A stretch of 64,000 bases of DNA, from positions 1,132,042 to 1,196,041 of the forward strand of contig CBDAOD010000003.1 of the NCBI GenBank assembly GCA_965197935.1, read 5' to 3'. Below are positions 9,812 through 18,404 of the stretch, one piece after another. A model generated the notes under the pieces. The model searched no databases. It worked only from the letters and a program-made list of their open reading frames with translations, and was not told where the DNA came from. The DNA is from Vicinamibacterales bacterium. Its GTDB lineage: Bacteria > Acidobacteriota > Vicinamibacteria > Vicinamibacterales > CAZQMT01. Position 1 is the stretch's first letter. Each line of letters begins with the position of its first letter. A program made the translations under genes and the position numbers.

Positions 9812-10401
9812 TTGAACAACCCTCGCCTGAAGGCGAGGGATTCACGGGTCGACTGAAGTCGACTGAAGGGGCGTCGGCGCCCCAGCGAACTTACTCGCTG
9901 ACTCGAAAGCGCTCGTCGTCCTGGGGTTCAGCACCTTGAAGCTTGATGTACTGCTCGATGACCTCATCCGTCACATTCCCGCTGCTGCACACGAAGTAGC
10001 CGCGAGCCCACAGGTGCCGCCCCCAGAACAACGACCGCAGCTTCCGGTGATCCTGCAACAGATGGTGCGACGTCTTGCCTTTGATCGCTTGCATCACCCG
10101 ACTCGGCGCCAGGTGCGGGGGCACGCTCAACAGCAAGTGCACGTGGTCCGGTCGAATGTGCCCCTGCAGAATCTCGATGTCGTGGCTCCGGCAGATCTCC
10201 CGGATCAGGGTCCGCACCTCCGTGCCCACATCCCCACGCAGCACCGGCTTGCGATACTTCGTGATGAACACGAAATGGTAGTGCAGGGTATAGATCGTAT
10301 GGGCAGCTCGACGATACTCGCGCATCATCGGACATCGTATCGCAAGCCTCCTGAAGGCTTCGCCTGAAGGCGAGGGGGTTCACCCATCCCAGAATGTGAC
10401 C
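9812..10401 (-). mobile_element. IS200/IS605-family element (tnpA only), 590 bp
   Basis: Deleting 9812-10401 joins GTGATTTAC to CTAAGCTAC and restores the host frame HVIY-LSYAE. Subterminal hairpins CCCTCGCC-TGAA-GGCGAGGG lie at both ends (9820-9839, 10360-10377) with no terminal IRs, as expected for this family. Confidence 0.85.
9891..10328 (-). CDS. tnpA: IS200-type Y1 (HUH) transposase TnpA
   Basis: YTLHYHFVFITKYRKPVL, the HUH motif in RPDHVHLLLSVPP, and catalytic Tyr context WARGYFVCSSG. About 145 aa, apparently intact. Confidence 0.9.
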   Translation of the reverse strand: MMREYRRAAHTIYTLHYHFVFITKYRKPVLRGDVGTEVRTLIREICRSHDIEILQGHIRPDHVHLLLSVPPHLAPSRVMQAIKGKTSHHLLQDHRKLRSLFWGRHLWARGYFVCSSGNVTDEVIEQYIKLQGAEPQDDERFRVSE

Positions 10402-11397
10402 CTAAGCTACGCCGAGTCCGGTGTGGGCAATACCCGGGGGGCGGCCGTCATCCGGGCGGTCCTGACCGAGACCCGGCGCGGAGGAGAGCTGTCCGACGTC
10501 GAGGTCATCTGGCGCCAGTACCCCAAGGTCGTCGGTTTCGGGCACTACGGGCACCGGCTGCTGTTCGACGATGCGGGCTACCTCTGGATCTCGTCCGGCG
10601 ACCGTCAGAAGTTCACACTGGCCAGGACATGCAGTCGAACATGGGCAAGGTCGTGCGGTTGCGCGACGACGGTTCGGTGCCGGACAGCAATCCCTTCGTC
10701 GACTACTTCGCCGAGAACCCGTTCGTCGACGACATCGGGGTCTATCCGCAGATCTGGTCGCTGGGCCACCGTAACGTACTCGGGCTGGCACTCGACCTCG
10801 ACGGTCAGCTCTGGGAGATCGAGATGGGGCCGCGGGGCGGCGACGAGCTGAACCTGGTCAAGAGAGCAGCGAATTACGGCTATCCCATCGTCTCCAACGG
10901 CGATCATTACGACTGGCGTGAGATCGCCGACCACGACGCGCATCCGGAGTTCGGCGAGCCGGCGGTGTGGTGGACACCCGTCATCTCGCCGGGTGACCTG
11001 ATGATCTATCGCGGCGACCTGTTCTCCGACTGGCGCGGCGATGCGCTCGTCGCCGGGCTCTCGTCGCGGGCAATCGTGCGTATCGAGCTCGACGGCGAGA
11101 AGGCCCGGGAGGTCGAGCGTTACGATATGCGCGCGCGGATCCGCAGCGTCGTCGAAGGACCGGACGGCGCCCTCTGGGTCCTGGAGGACGACGAAGACGA
11201 CAGCACCGGGCGCTTGCTCAAGCTCACGCCGAAGCGCTGAGAATCAAGGCCGAACCGATGTCCTGCGAACCGGAGTCGCAGCTCGGAGCCAGCGCTTCCG
11301 CACGAGATGCGGACGGGACGGGTCCGCGGGTGCAGCCCCACAGGCGTTGATGACGCTTGGCGCTTGCTAGATCGTTCAAACGAGAATCGCAGACACG

Positions 11398-11892
11398 ATG
11401 CCCGTGACCGCCACGCGAGAGTCTCTGCCAGCCGAGCCCGACCATGCCGGCGTGGCGTTTCATCCGCCGCTCTTGCTTGTGGGGTCGTTGGTGCTCGGAT
11501 TCCTACTCCGCTGGATCGTTCCTCTCGACTTCCTGTCGTGGGAGGTGTCCGCGCTGCTTGGCCCAATCATGGTGGCCGCCTCGTTCGGCGTGTTCTTCTG
11601 GGCAGTGTTCACGATGCGGGCTGCCGACGCCTCCATACCCACCAGCGAACCGACGGATGTGATTGTGAGTCGTGGCCCGTACGGGTTCTCGCGTAACCCC
11701 ATCTACGTGGCGATGCTGGGTCTACAGCTGGGTGTTGGGATCTGGGTGGATAGCGTGTGGTTCCTCATCCTCGCAGGCATCTCGGTGCCACTTCTTTGGT
11801 GGGGCGTGATCTCGCGAGAAGAGCGATACCTGGAGCGCAAGTTTGGCGTCGAGTACCGTGAGTACCAAACACACGTGAGGCGGTGGTTGTAG
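11398..11892 (+). CDS. Isoprenylcysteine carboxyl / phospholipid methyltransferase-family membrane protein
   Basis: Multi-TM protein with [16 protein letters not shown]...[23 protein letters not shown], the ICMT/PEMT C-terminal signature. Confidence 0.75.
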   Translation: MPVTATRESLPAEPDHAGVAFHPPLLLVGSLVLGFLLRWIVPLDFLSWEVSALLGPIMVAASFGVFFWAVFTMRAADASIPTSEPTDVIVSRGPYGFSRNPIYVAMLGLQLGVGIWVDSVWFLILAGISVPLLWWGVISREERYLERKFGVEYREYQTHVRRWL

Positions 11893-12002
11893 ACCCACGA
11901 CAACGGGAGAAGAGCGTTAATGAAGTGCTACGAACGCGAGCCGCGAGACTATCGGGGGTTCTTGACGTCAGTGCCTCGGAGCGCCGAGAGAGGAGAGATG
12001 CC

Positions 12003-12570
12003 GTGAAAAGCCATGAAGTAGATTACGAGATCATTGGTGATGACATGCAGATCGTGGAAGTGGAACTGGACCCGAATGAGACGGTGATTGCCGAGGCCGG
12101 CGCCATGAACTACATGGAAGCGGGAATCGGGTTCGAGTCCAGGATGGGGGACGGCACGAATCCGAAGGCCGGCGTCATGGATACACTCCTCAGCGTGGGC
12201 AAGCGTGCGCTCACCGGGGAGAGCATCTTTCTCACACATTTCACGCACCGTGGCCCTGGCAAGAAGCGCGTCGCCTTCGCGGCCCCGTATCCTGGAAAGA
12301 TTCTGGCCATGGATCTGGACGACGTGGGCGGGGAACTCCTGTGTCAGAAGGATGCCTTTCTCGCCGCGGCCCGGGGTACGGAAGTGAGCCTTGCGTTCAA
12401 CAAGCGCCTGGGGGCCGGATTCTTCGGAGGCGAGGGATTCATTCTTCAGAAACTCCGGGGTGACGGCATGTGCTTCATCCACATCGGTGACACCGTGGTC
12501 GAGAAGCAACTCAAGGGAGAGACGCTACGAGTGGACACGGGTTGCCTGGCGGCGTTCACCTCTGGCATCG
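12003..12570 (+). pseudogene. AIM24/TIGR00266 (DUF124) family protein, 3' end lost
   Basis: GTG 12003 after [40 protein letters not shown]...[10 protein letters not shown]...[19 protein letters not shown]...[11 protein letters not shown] is typical of the family. Similarity stops at about 12570 and the track ORF continues as low-complexity read-through. Confidence 0.5.
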
Positions 12571-12802
12571 GTGATAATCAAGGAGTTGGTGACCGTAGGA
12601 GCGAAGCAGGCGGTCAGCGGCAACGGATACTTCATGGGCGAGTTCGTCGGTCTCGAAGCGACTATCAAGGATCCAGGTCATCGAAGGCCAGGGACTCTTC
12701 TTGCTCGAAGGCGACGACGTTGCGATGCAAGCGGGAGTCGTGTTGGTCGCACCCGCAGGAGCGCCTCACGGCCGAGGATGTCTCTATCATGTTGACTTGT
12801 AG
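12571..12802 (+). pseudogene. Cupin-domain gene remnant (internal deletion and frameshift)
   Basis: GTG 12571 gives [34 protein letters not shown]. After a +1 shift at about 12670 it reads [34 protein letters not shown]. The metal-binding His block expected between the two pieces is missing. Confidence 0.3.
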
Positions 12803-12947
12803 TTGTTTACACGGCAGTTGTCAGCGTCGAGCCGGCCCCTCCGCGGTCCAATCTGCCACGCGCATCGTCAACCTGACAGAGCCTTGGCGTATACTCGGAC
12901 CGCTGGGACGCGAACGCCAGGCAACCTGATCTGCGAAGGAGAGACCC

Positions 12948-14198
12948 ATGGGTTCGAAACGACCTGATCGAAGGGAATTCCTACAAGGCGGCGCCGCGTT
13001 GGCCGGGGGTTTGACCTTGGGTGCCGCGGAGCCCGTACTCGGCCAGCTCCCGGAGCCACAAACCTTCATCAAGGGCAGCGACGACCTGGTCGCCTACGGC
13101 GAGCGCTCCCGCTTCGTGACCTCGGTCCGCATCCCGCACCCGCCAGGCAGTAGGCCTTCGCCCGATGACTTTGGGCTCGTTTTTCATGTGGCGGCGCCCC
13201 TGCAGGATTCGGTGGGGACGATTACGCCATCCTCGCTCCACTTCGTGGGGACCACCCGTGGCTCCTATGTTCCGGAGATCGATCCTCGCGAGCATCGGTT
13301 CATGATCCACGGGTTGGTGGACCGTCCGCTGGTCTTCACCATGGAGGACTTGAAGCGTCTCCCTTCCGTAACCCGCCCTCATTTCGTCGAGTGCGCGGGA
13401 AACCGTTCGAGGCCCCAGCACAAGACAGTGCAGGAAACGCACGGGATGACCAGTTGCGCCGAATGGACCGGCGTGCTCCTGTCCACGCTGCTCAAGGAAG
13501 CGGGCGTGAAGGACGCGGGGAAGTGGATCGTCGCGGAAGGGGTGGAGGAGGTAAAGGGCGCTTCCAGCATCCCGATGGAGAAGGCCATGGACGACTGCCT
13601 CGTGGCCTACGGTATGAACGGCGAGGCGGTTCGTCCCCAGAACGGATTTCCACTGCGGCTGTTGGTTCCCGGTTTTGAGGGAATCTTCAACTCGAAGTAT
13701 CTCAGGCGAATCAAGGTGGTGGACCGGTACTACATGACCTACAACGACTACGGGCATCTGAGGCGAGACCCTGACGTCGCGGCGCTGGGGTACCAGATCG
13801 GACCGAAGTCGGTCATCATCTTTCCATCCGCGGGACAACAGCTGCCCGATCGCGGATTCTACGAGGTCAGCGGCTTGGCCTGGTCGGGCGGGGGCGCCAT
13901 CGGGCGGGTGGAGGTCTCCACCGACGGAGGCCGACGGTGGATGGACGCCCAGATTCAGGGCACGGCCCACCGCATGGCGCATGCGCGGTTCACCTTCCAG
14001 TGGAACTGGGACGGGAACGAGACCGAGCTCATGTCGCGCTGCACGGACGAGCTGGGCCAGGTCCAGCCGACACGAGCCGAGGTCGCCGAGTTCTTCAACG
14101 TGCCCGCGGACCCGTCCTACCGGGTGCCGGGTCAGGACAATTCCATTCAGCCGTGGCGGATCGCGAGCGATGGGAGCGTTCACAATGGGTATGCTTAG
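12948..14198 (+). CDS. Sulfite dehydrogenase/oxidase molybdopterin subunit (SorA/SoxC type), Tat-exported
   Basis: RBS GAAGGAGAG. Twin-arginine signal RREFLQGGAALAGG. Oxidoreductase Mo-binding and dimerisation-type sequence (HFVECAGN...NGFPLRLLVPGFEG...). Confidence 0.85.
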   Translation: MGSKRPDRREFLQGGAALAGGLTLGAAEPVLGQLPEPQTFIKGSDDLVAYGERSRFVTSVRIPHPPGSRPSPDDFGLVFHVAAPLQDSVGTITPSSLHFVGTTRGSYVPEIDPREHRFMIHGLVDRPLVFTMEDLKRLPSVTRPHFVECAGNRSRPQHKTVQETHGMTSCAEWTGVLLSTLLKEAGVKDAGKWIVAEGVEEVKGASSIPMEKAMDDCLVAYGMNGEAVRPQNGFPLRLLVPGFEGIFNSKYLRRIKVVDRYYMTYNDYGHLRRDPDVAALGYQIGPKSVIIFPSAGQQLPDRGFYEVSGLAWSGGGAIGRVEVSTDGGRRWMDAQIQGTAHRMAHARFTFQWNWDGNETELMSRCTDELGQVQPTRAEVAEFFNVPADPSYRVPGQDNSIQPWRIASDGSVHNGYA

Positions 14199-14745
14199 AC
14201 TTCTCCCGATTCTGTTGCTGGCGGGGGCCTCCGTGCTGGCGCAGGCACCCACCTACGGCGTGGGCAGGACCCCAACCGAAGAGGAAATCCGCGCCTGGGA
14301 CATCTCCATCAGTCCCACCGGGGAGGAGCTCCCGCCGGGGAGCGGCACCGCCGATGACGGCGCGGTGGTCTATCGGACCAGGTGCGCGCTATGTCACGGG
14401 GAGAACGGAATCGAGGGCCTGGCTCCCAGGCTGGTCAAACGCGACGCGGAACCAGGCGTCCACCCCTGGGACTTGGGACGCATCCTGCCGATCCGCGCGC
14501 CGTACGCGACGGTGGTCTGGGACTACATCAACCGCGGCATGCCGCTCGAAGAAGAAGGGACCCTCACCGCCGACGAGGTCTATGCGCTGACGGCCTATCT
14601 GCTAGTCATCAACGATGTCATCCCGGAGGACACGGTCCTCGACGCTGAGAGTCTGCCCAAGATCGAGATGCCGAATCGGGACGCGTTCTCTCGCGTCCCG
14701 GATTGGGAGCCCGGAAGGCCCAGGCTTCCGGGCTACCCCCACTAG
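14185..14745 (+). CDS. Monohaem cytochrome c partner subunit (SorB/SoxD-like)
   Basis: ATG 14185 overlaps the 3' end of the Mo subunit gene. Signal peptide MGMLRLLPILLLAGASVLA and haem motif CALCH. The upstream part of track ORF 13981-14745 is an overlap artefact. Confidence 0.8.
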   Translation: MGMLRLLPILLLAGASVLAQAPTYGVGRTPTEEEIRAWDISISPTGEELPPGSGTADDGAVVYRTRCALCHGENGIEGLAPRLVKRDAEPGVHPWDLGRILPIRAPYATVVWDYINRGMPLEEEGTLTADEVYALTAYLLVINDVIPEDTVLDAESLPKIEMPNRDAFSRVPDWEPGRPRLPGYPH

Positions 14746-14799
14746 ATCGTCAGCTTCTGGCGCCAGGGACCCGTCAGGGCAAGGAAGATTTGGCGTCCC

Positions 14800-16516
14800 C
14801 TATCTTTGCTCTGTGACGGCGTCGGGCAATCGCTCCAGCCCCACCGTTTCCCATCCGTCCGCCGTCCGGCGGAAGTAGACGATCACCGGGACCTCCCAGG
14901 CCGGATGCGCGGCGTGGCTGGCACTCACGCGGGCGCGGATGAAATCGGGCGACTCGGCCCGTAGCTCGGCCGGCACCGCGAGACGAGGGCGGGGACCGGC
15001 GCCGTCAGGGCCGACCTCGACCGCGACGCCGGTGAGGTTGTCGAACACGGCCCAGCTCGCGCGGTACGTCGAGGCCGGCGTCGCCGCGCCGGCGGCCGCG
15101 GCCGCGTTCTCGAAGGTCAGCGTCCGCGCCTCGCGGTCGAGGACGAAGTCGACGAGCGGATTCACGTTGGTCAGCCAGGTCGCGGCGATCTTGTCGCGTC
15201 GCTCGAGCAGCGTGTCCACGAGGTAGCGCTCGGCACGGCCGTCCGAGAGCCGGCCCATCCTGACCATCGCGGCGATCGCCTCGTCGGTGAAGGCCGCCAC
15301 CCGCCGGGCCGCCCAGAACGTATCGTCGGCGCGCGCGTTCTGGAAGGCGCGGTTCGGATAGTGCGGCACCCACGACTCGGGAGCGAAGGAGTCGGCCTCG
15401 AAGCGCCCGACCGACGGCAGGTCCGGGAACTCGATCGAGGTCCAGCTCGGCACCGTCAGCCCAAACGTGACCATCCGGAGGAGGCTCTGTCGGACGTCCC
15501 ACAGATATTCGTTCCCGGAGCGCCGGCTCTTCACCTCGATCCCCGCGCTGCCCAGCGTCGACCCGAAGTCCAGCAGGTTGTGCTGGATGATCCGGCGGTC
15601 GCCGGCATCGACGAGCGTATCGAGCGTGTTGATGCCGCGCGAGTCCATGTGGTTGATCCACGCGGCAAAGACCCGCATGCCGCGTAGCTCGCGCCGATGC
15701 TCGTGCGGGACAATGTCGTTGGGATCGTCTCCCCGCACGCCGAAGTAGCGGAAGGGACCCAGCGGCTTGCCGGGGAGCGCCTTGCTGGCGAGAACCCGAT
15801 AGCTCCCGTCATCGTTCCGGGCCACACCGGACAGCAGCACGTCGATGTCCTCGCGCCGCATCTGGCGCTCGTGACCGGTCACCCCGACGTAGGTCGCCTC
15901 GCTCACGTCGAGATCCTCGGGATGGAACGTCGCCACGTAGTTCTCGGGGACGTTGTAGCCGAGCGCATACATGATCTTCGTGGAGATCACCTCGGCGGCT
16001 GAGGCCATCTCGTGGTAGCCGGGCGGATCGAACTTGATGAAGAAGAGAGACCTGGCCGAGTCCCGCATCGTGAACCCGGGTGTCACGCCCTCGCGCTTGG
16101 TGGATTGCACCATCCAGGGACCCGGCGCGGGTCCCAGCGCCCGGTCCGGGCCGCGGGCGAGCTCACCGAGGGTCATCGGTCGTTCGCGGTTGCGGTTCGT
16201 GTACCAGCTCGAGTTCGGCACCTCGTCCATCGTGTTCGCGTTCTCGGCGCGGCGGTCGACCCGCTCGCCCGGAGTCAGCAACGTGTTCTCGATGAAGTCG
16301 AACCCTTCCGATGCCGGCCCGCTCGACGGCGCCGGAGGCATCCTGGGTCTCGGGGAAGCCCGCGATCGGGTCATCGGGATAGAACCGCAGAGCCCAATCG
16401 TCGTCGTCGGCGGCGGCGGCTGCCGCTAGGCCCAACGGCACGCTCAATCCCAGCATGACGAGGGCCCAGATCCCGGAAGCGATCCACGCGCGCCGGTGAG
16501 ACGGTCGATGTCGCAT
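14800..16516 (-). pseudogene. Signal-peptide-bearing protein-kinase-like-fold protein of unknown function (frame disrupted near its 5' end)
   Basis: ATG 16516 gives MRHRPSHRRAWIASGIWALVMLGLSVPLGLAAA...RFYPDDPIAGFPETQDA in one frame. The 524-aa body (14800-16374) is in another frame, and the two meet between about 16300 and 16375. The body has FFIKF, NHMDSRGIN (HxDxxxxN) and LLDFGS (DFG). Confidence 0.6.
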
Positions 16517-16522
16517 CGTCGA

Positions 16523-17794
16523 CTACCTCGACGGATCCTGGCTGGGCGATTCGCCCGGCCGACCCTGGAGCACTGGCCCGAACTTGAAGATGACGTGGGT
16601 GCCCTCGCCGCCCCCGGTGCCGATGTCGAACCTGAGAATGAAGTTGTTCCGGGTGCTCACGCGAAACCCGACGCCGTAGGACCCCTCGAGATTGCGGAAG
16701 TCCAGATGCCTGCGATCCGCGAAGACCTTGCCCGCATCCGCGAACAACGCCATGTCGAGCGCCGCAAACACCTCCCAGCGATATTCGGCGTTGAAGAGCA
16801 TCGCGTGACGATCGTGGAAGCGGTATTCCTCGAAGGCTCGCAACGTGTAGGCTCCCCCGATCCTTGGCATTAAGTAGAACGGCACGACGCGATCGTCCTC
16901 CGTCGAGGACATGGTCAGGAACGCCCGCAGGGCGATCACCCGGCGCTTGTCGAAGAACGGGATGAGCTGGGTGGTCTCGGTCTCGATCTGACGGAAGCTG
17001 TACCGGTCGAGGTCGCGGTCGCTGTAGAAGTGCATCCCGACATGATGACGCCCGCCACTCCGGGGATTGCCCGGCCGATCGTACGAATTCAGGTCGAAGA
17101 AGAGGCTGCCGTGTAGAAAATCCGGCTGCGCGTCGAGCCCGGGCGCCTCGGCCTCCGAGAACAGCTCGTCGGTCGAAGGAAAGAGCGGGTCGCGACCGCC
17201 GCCGACGTGGGGCCGCAGAAAGCGCATGCGGATGCCCACGCTGACGCCGCCCCCCGGGTTCGCGGCCAGCTCCGCCCCCAGCTCCGTCCCTCTGTAGAGG
17301 TAGGAGGTCTGGTCTTCCAGCCGGGCCTGGCCCCCCAGCCCGAAGTAGTCCTCCTGCGTGTTCTCGCGATGCCGGGCCTGGCCCTTCAGGGTGAACAACC
17401 CGCCGGCCAGGGAGCGCTCGAGCTCGACCTGCGCCAGCGTGTAGCGGTTGCGCGACACGGCGGCCGACCCGTCGAGCAGCCAGTCACGACCAAAGTGGTG
17501 GCGGTACCCGGCGCCGATCGCGAAGCCGGAGCCGCTCGGCAGCCCGCCGATGCGCGGGTAGAATCCGTCCGCTCGGATCTTGAGGCGGTCGAAGCTGCCT
17601 CGCTCTTCCAGGTAGAGCATCAGCCGCTCGATGCGACCGGGGCTCTCGGACTCGAGCCGGGCCGCCTTCTCGGCCTGGCGCTGCGCGATCGCCTCCGCTC
17701 GCGATTCCTGCGCCTGGACGCCGGCACTCGCGCCGAACCCGAGCCCGGCGAAGACGGCTGCCGTCACCCACCGGCTTGCCCTCCTGGTCAGCAT
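16523..17794 (-). CDS. Short Omp85/surface-antigen (D15) family outer-membrane barrel without recognisable POTRA repeats
   Basis: Likely start MLTRRASRWVTAAVFAGLGFGASAGVQA (17794). The C-terminal region ...FNAEYRWEVFAALDMALFADAGKVF...GSYGVGFRVSTRNNFILRFDIG is the Bac_surface_Ag signature. Confidence 0.7.
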   Translation of the reverse strand: MLTRRASRWVTAAVFAGLGFGASAGVQAQESRAEAIAQRQAEKAARLESESPGRIERLMLYLEERGSFDRLKIRADGFYPRIGGLPSGSGFAIGAGYRHHFGRDWLLDGSAAVSRNRYTLAQVELERSLAGGLFTLKGQARHRENTQEDYFGLGGQARLEDQTSYLYRGTELGAELAANPGGGVSVGIRMRFLRPHVGGGRDPLFPSTDELFSEAEAPGLDAQPDFLHGSLFFDLNSYDRPGNPRSGGRHHVGMHFYSDRDLDRYSFRQIETETTQLIPFFDKRRVIALRAFLTMSSTEDDRVVPFYLMPRIGGAYTLRAFEEYRFHDRHAMLFNAEYRWEVFAALDMALFADAGKVFADRRHLDFRNLEGSYGVGFRVSTRNNFILRFDIGTGGGEGTHVIFKFGPVLQGRPGESPSQDPSR

Positions 17795-17917
17795 CGTCAC
17801 GACCCGCCCTCCTCCGCCGACGGCGCGCACCCGTGTGGCGCTCCTGATGGACCGATCACCCATCCGTCGCTCTGCCACCGGATCATGCCAGGCATCGTGC
17901 CGTGCCAACACATCGGG

Positions 17918-18375
17918 TCAGGGCGCCAGCTCGCGAATGGTCATCGCCAGGGCCGCATTGACCCACCGCGCGCTCGCCCCCGATTCGGCGCCGGTCGGCT
18001 CGGCGAACACCCAGCCGTCTGTCCCGCGGGCGACCACCCGATAGGTGGCCGACTGCCCTCCGGCTGGCCACGTGAGCTCGTAGCTCCGGCCGGGCTGGAG
18101 AAAGCTGGGCGTCGGCACCTGCACGACCGGCGGCTGCGACAGGCTCACCTCCCACACGCCGGTCTGCAGCGCTCGAAAACCGTCGGCGTGTTGGCGACGC
18201 TGACGCTGCCCTCCACGTTCACGACGCCAGGCGCGGGCATGGGGAGATCGTAGGTCTGGGGCGTCGCGCCGCTGGGCGCCGCGGCGGAGCCGAGATGCGA
18301 CGAGGCGACCGTCGCAGCGCCGGCGAACACCGCCAGGGTGAGGACGACCGGGAGCGGATTGTCGGCAAGTCTCAT
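17918..18375 (-). pseudogene. Small secreted hypothetical protein (frameshift in an A4/T4 run at 18176-18179)
   Basis: ATG 18375 after AGGAGG. Signal peptide MRLADNPLPVVLTLAVFAGAATVASS. The frame breaks after ...VANTPT and continues in track ORF 17918-18157 (...WEVSLSQPPVVQVPTPSF...). Confidence 0.5.
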
Positions 18376-18404
18376 CGTGGAGCCTCCTGGCTCAGGGTCG
18401 CGCA

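Larger units (their letters stand above)
9509..11240 (+). pseudogene. PQQ-dependent soluble sugar (glucose/sorbosone) dehydrogenase, YliI-like, disrupted by the IS200 element and a frameshift
   Basis: Signal peptide MARRLWTIGLSIIFMAASAQA, then ...AFLPDGRMLVTEKKGNLLIV...GGLGDVALHP...HVIY | IS | LSYAESG... A second lesion is a missing nt at about 10621-10624 (CTGGCCAGGAC; expected ...LAQDMQSNMGKVVRL). The C-terminal half is 10629-11240 (SLGHRNVLGLALD...GPRGGDELN...GYP). Confidence 0.8.

Noticed and set aside
12860-12947. Sigma-70 promoter (TATACT at 12890-12895) upstream of the sulfite dehydrogenase operon
   Set aside because: The -10 looks good, but no acceptable -35 lies at 16-18 nt spacing (best is GTCAAC/TCAACC). 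This is not strong enough to report as a feature.
12981-14252. 423-aa minus-strand ORF
   Set aside because: Antisense to the Tat-signal Mo-enzyme gene. The same applies to other long shadow ORFs, such as 22799-24226, 24816-25895, 17207-18253, 35957-37024, 40885-42186, 51051-52409, 51076-52254, 57190-58422, 53375-54445 and 31106-32239.
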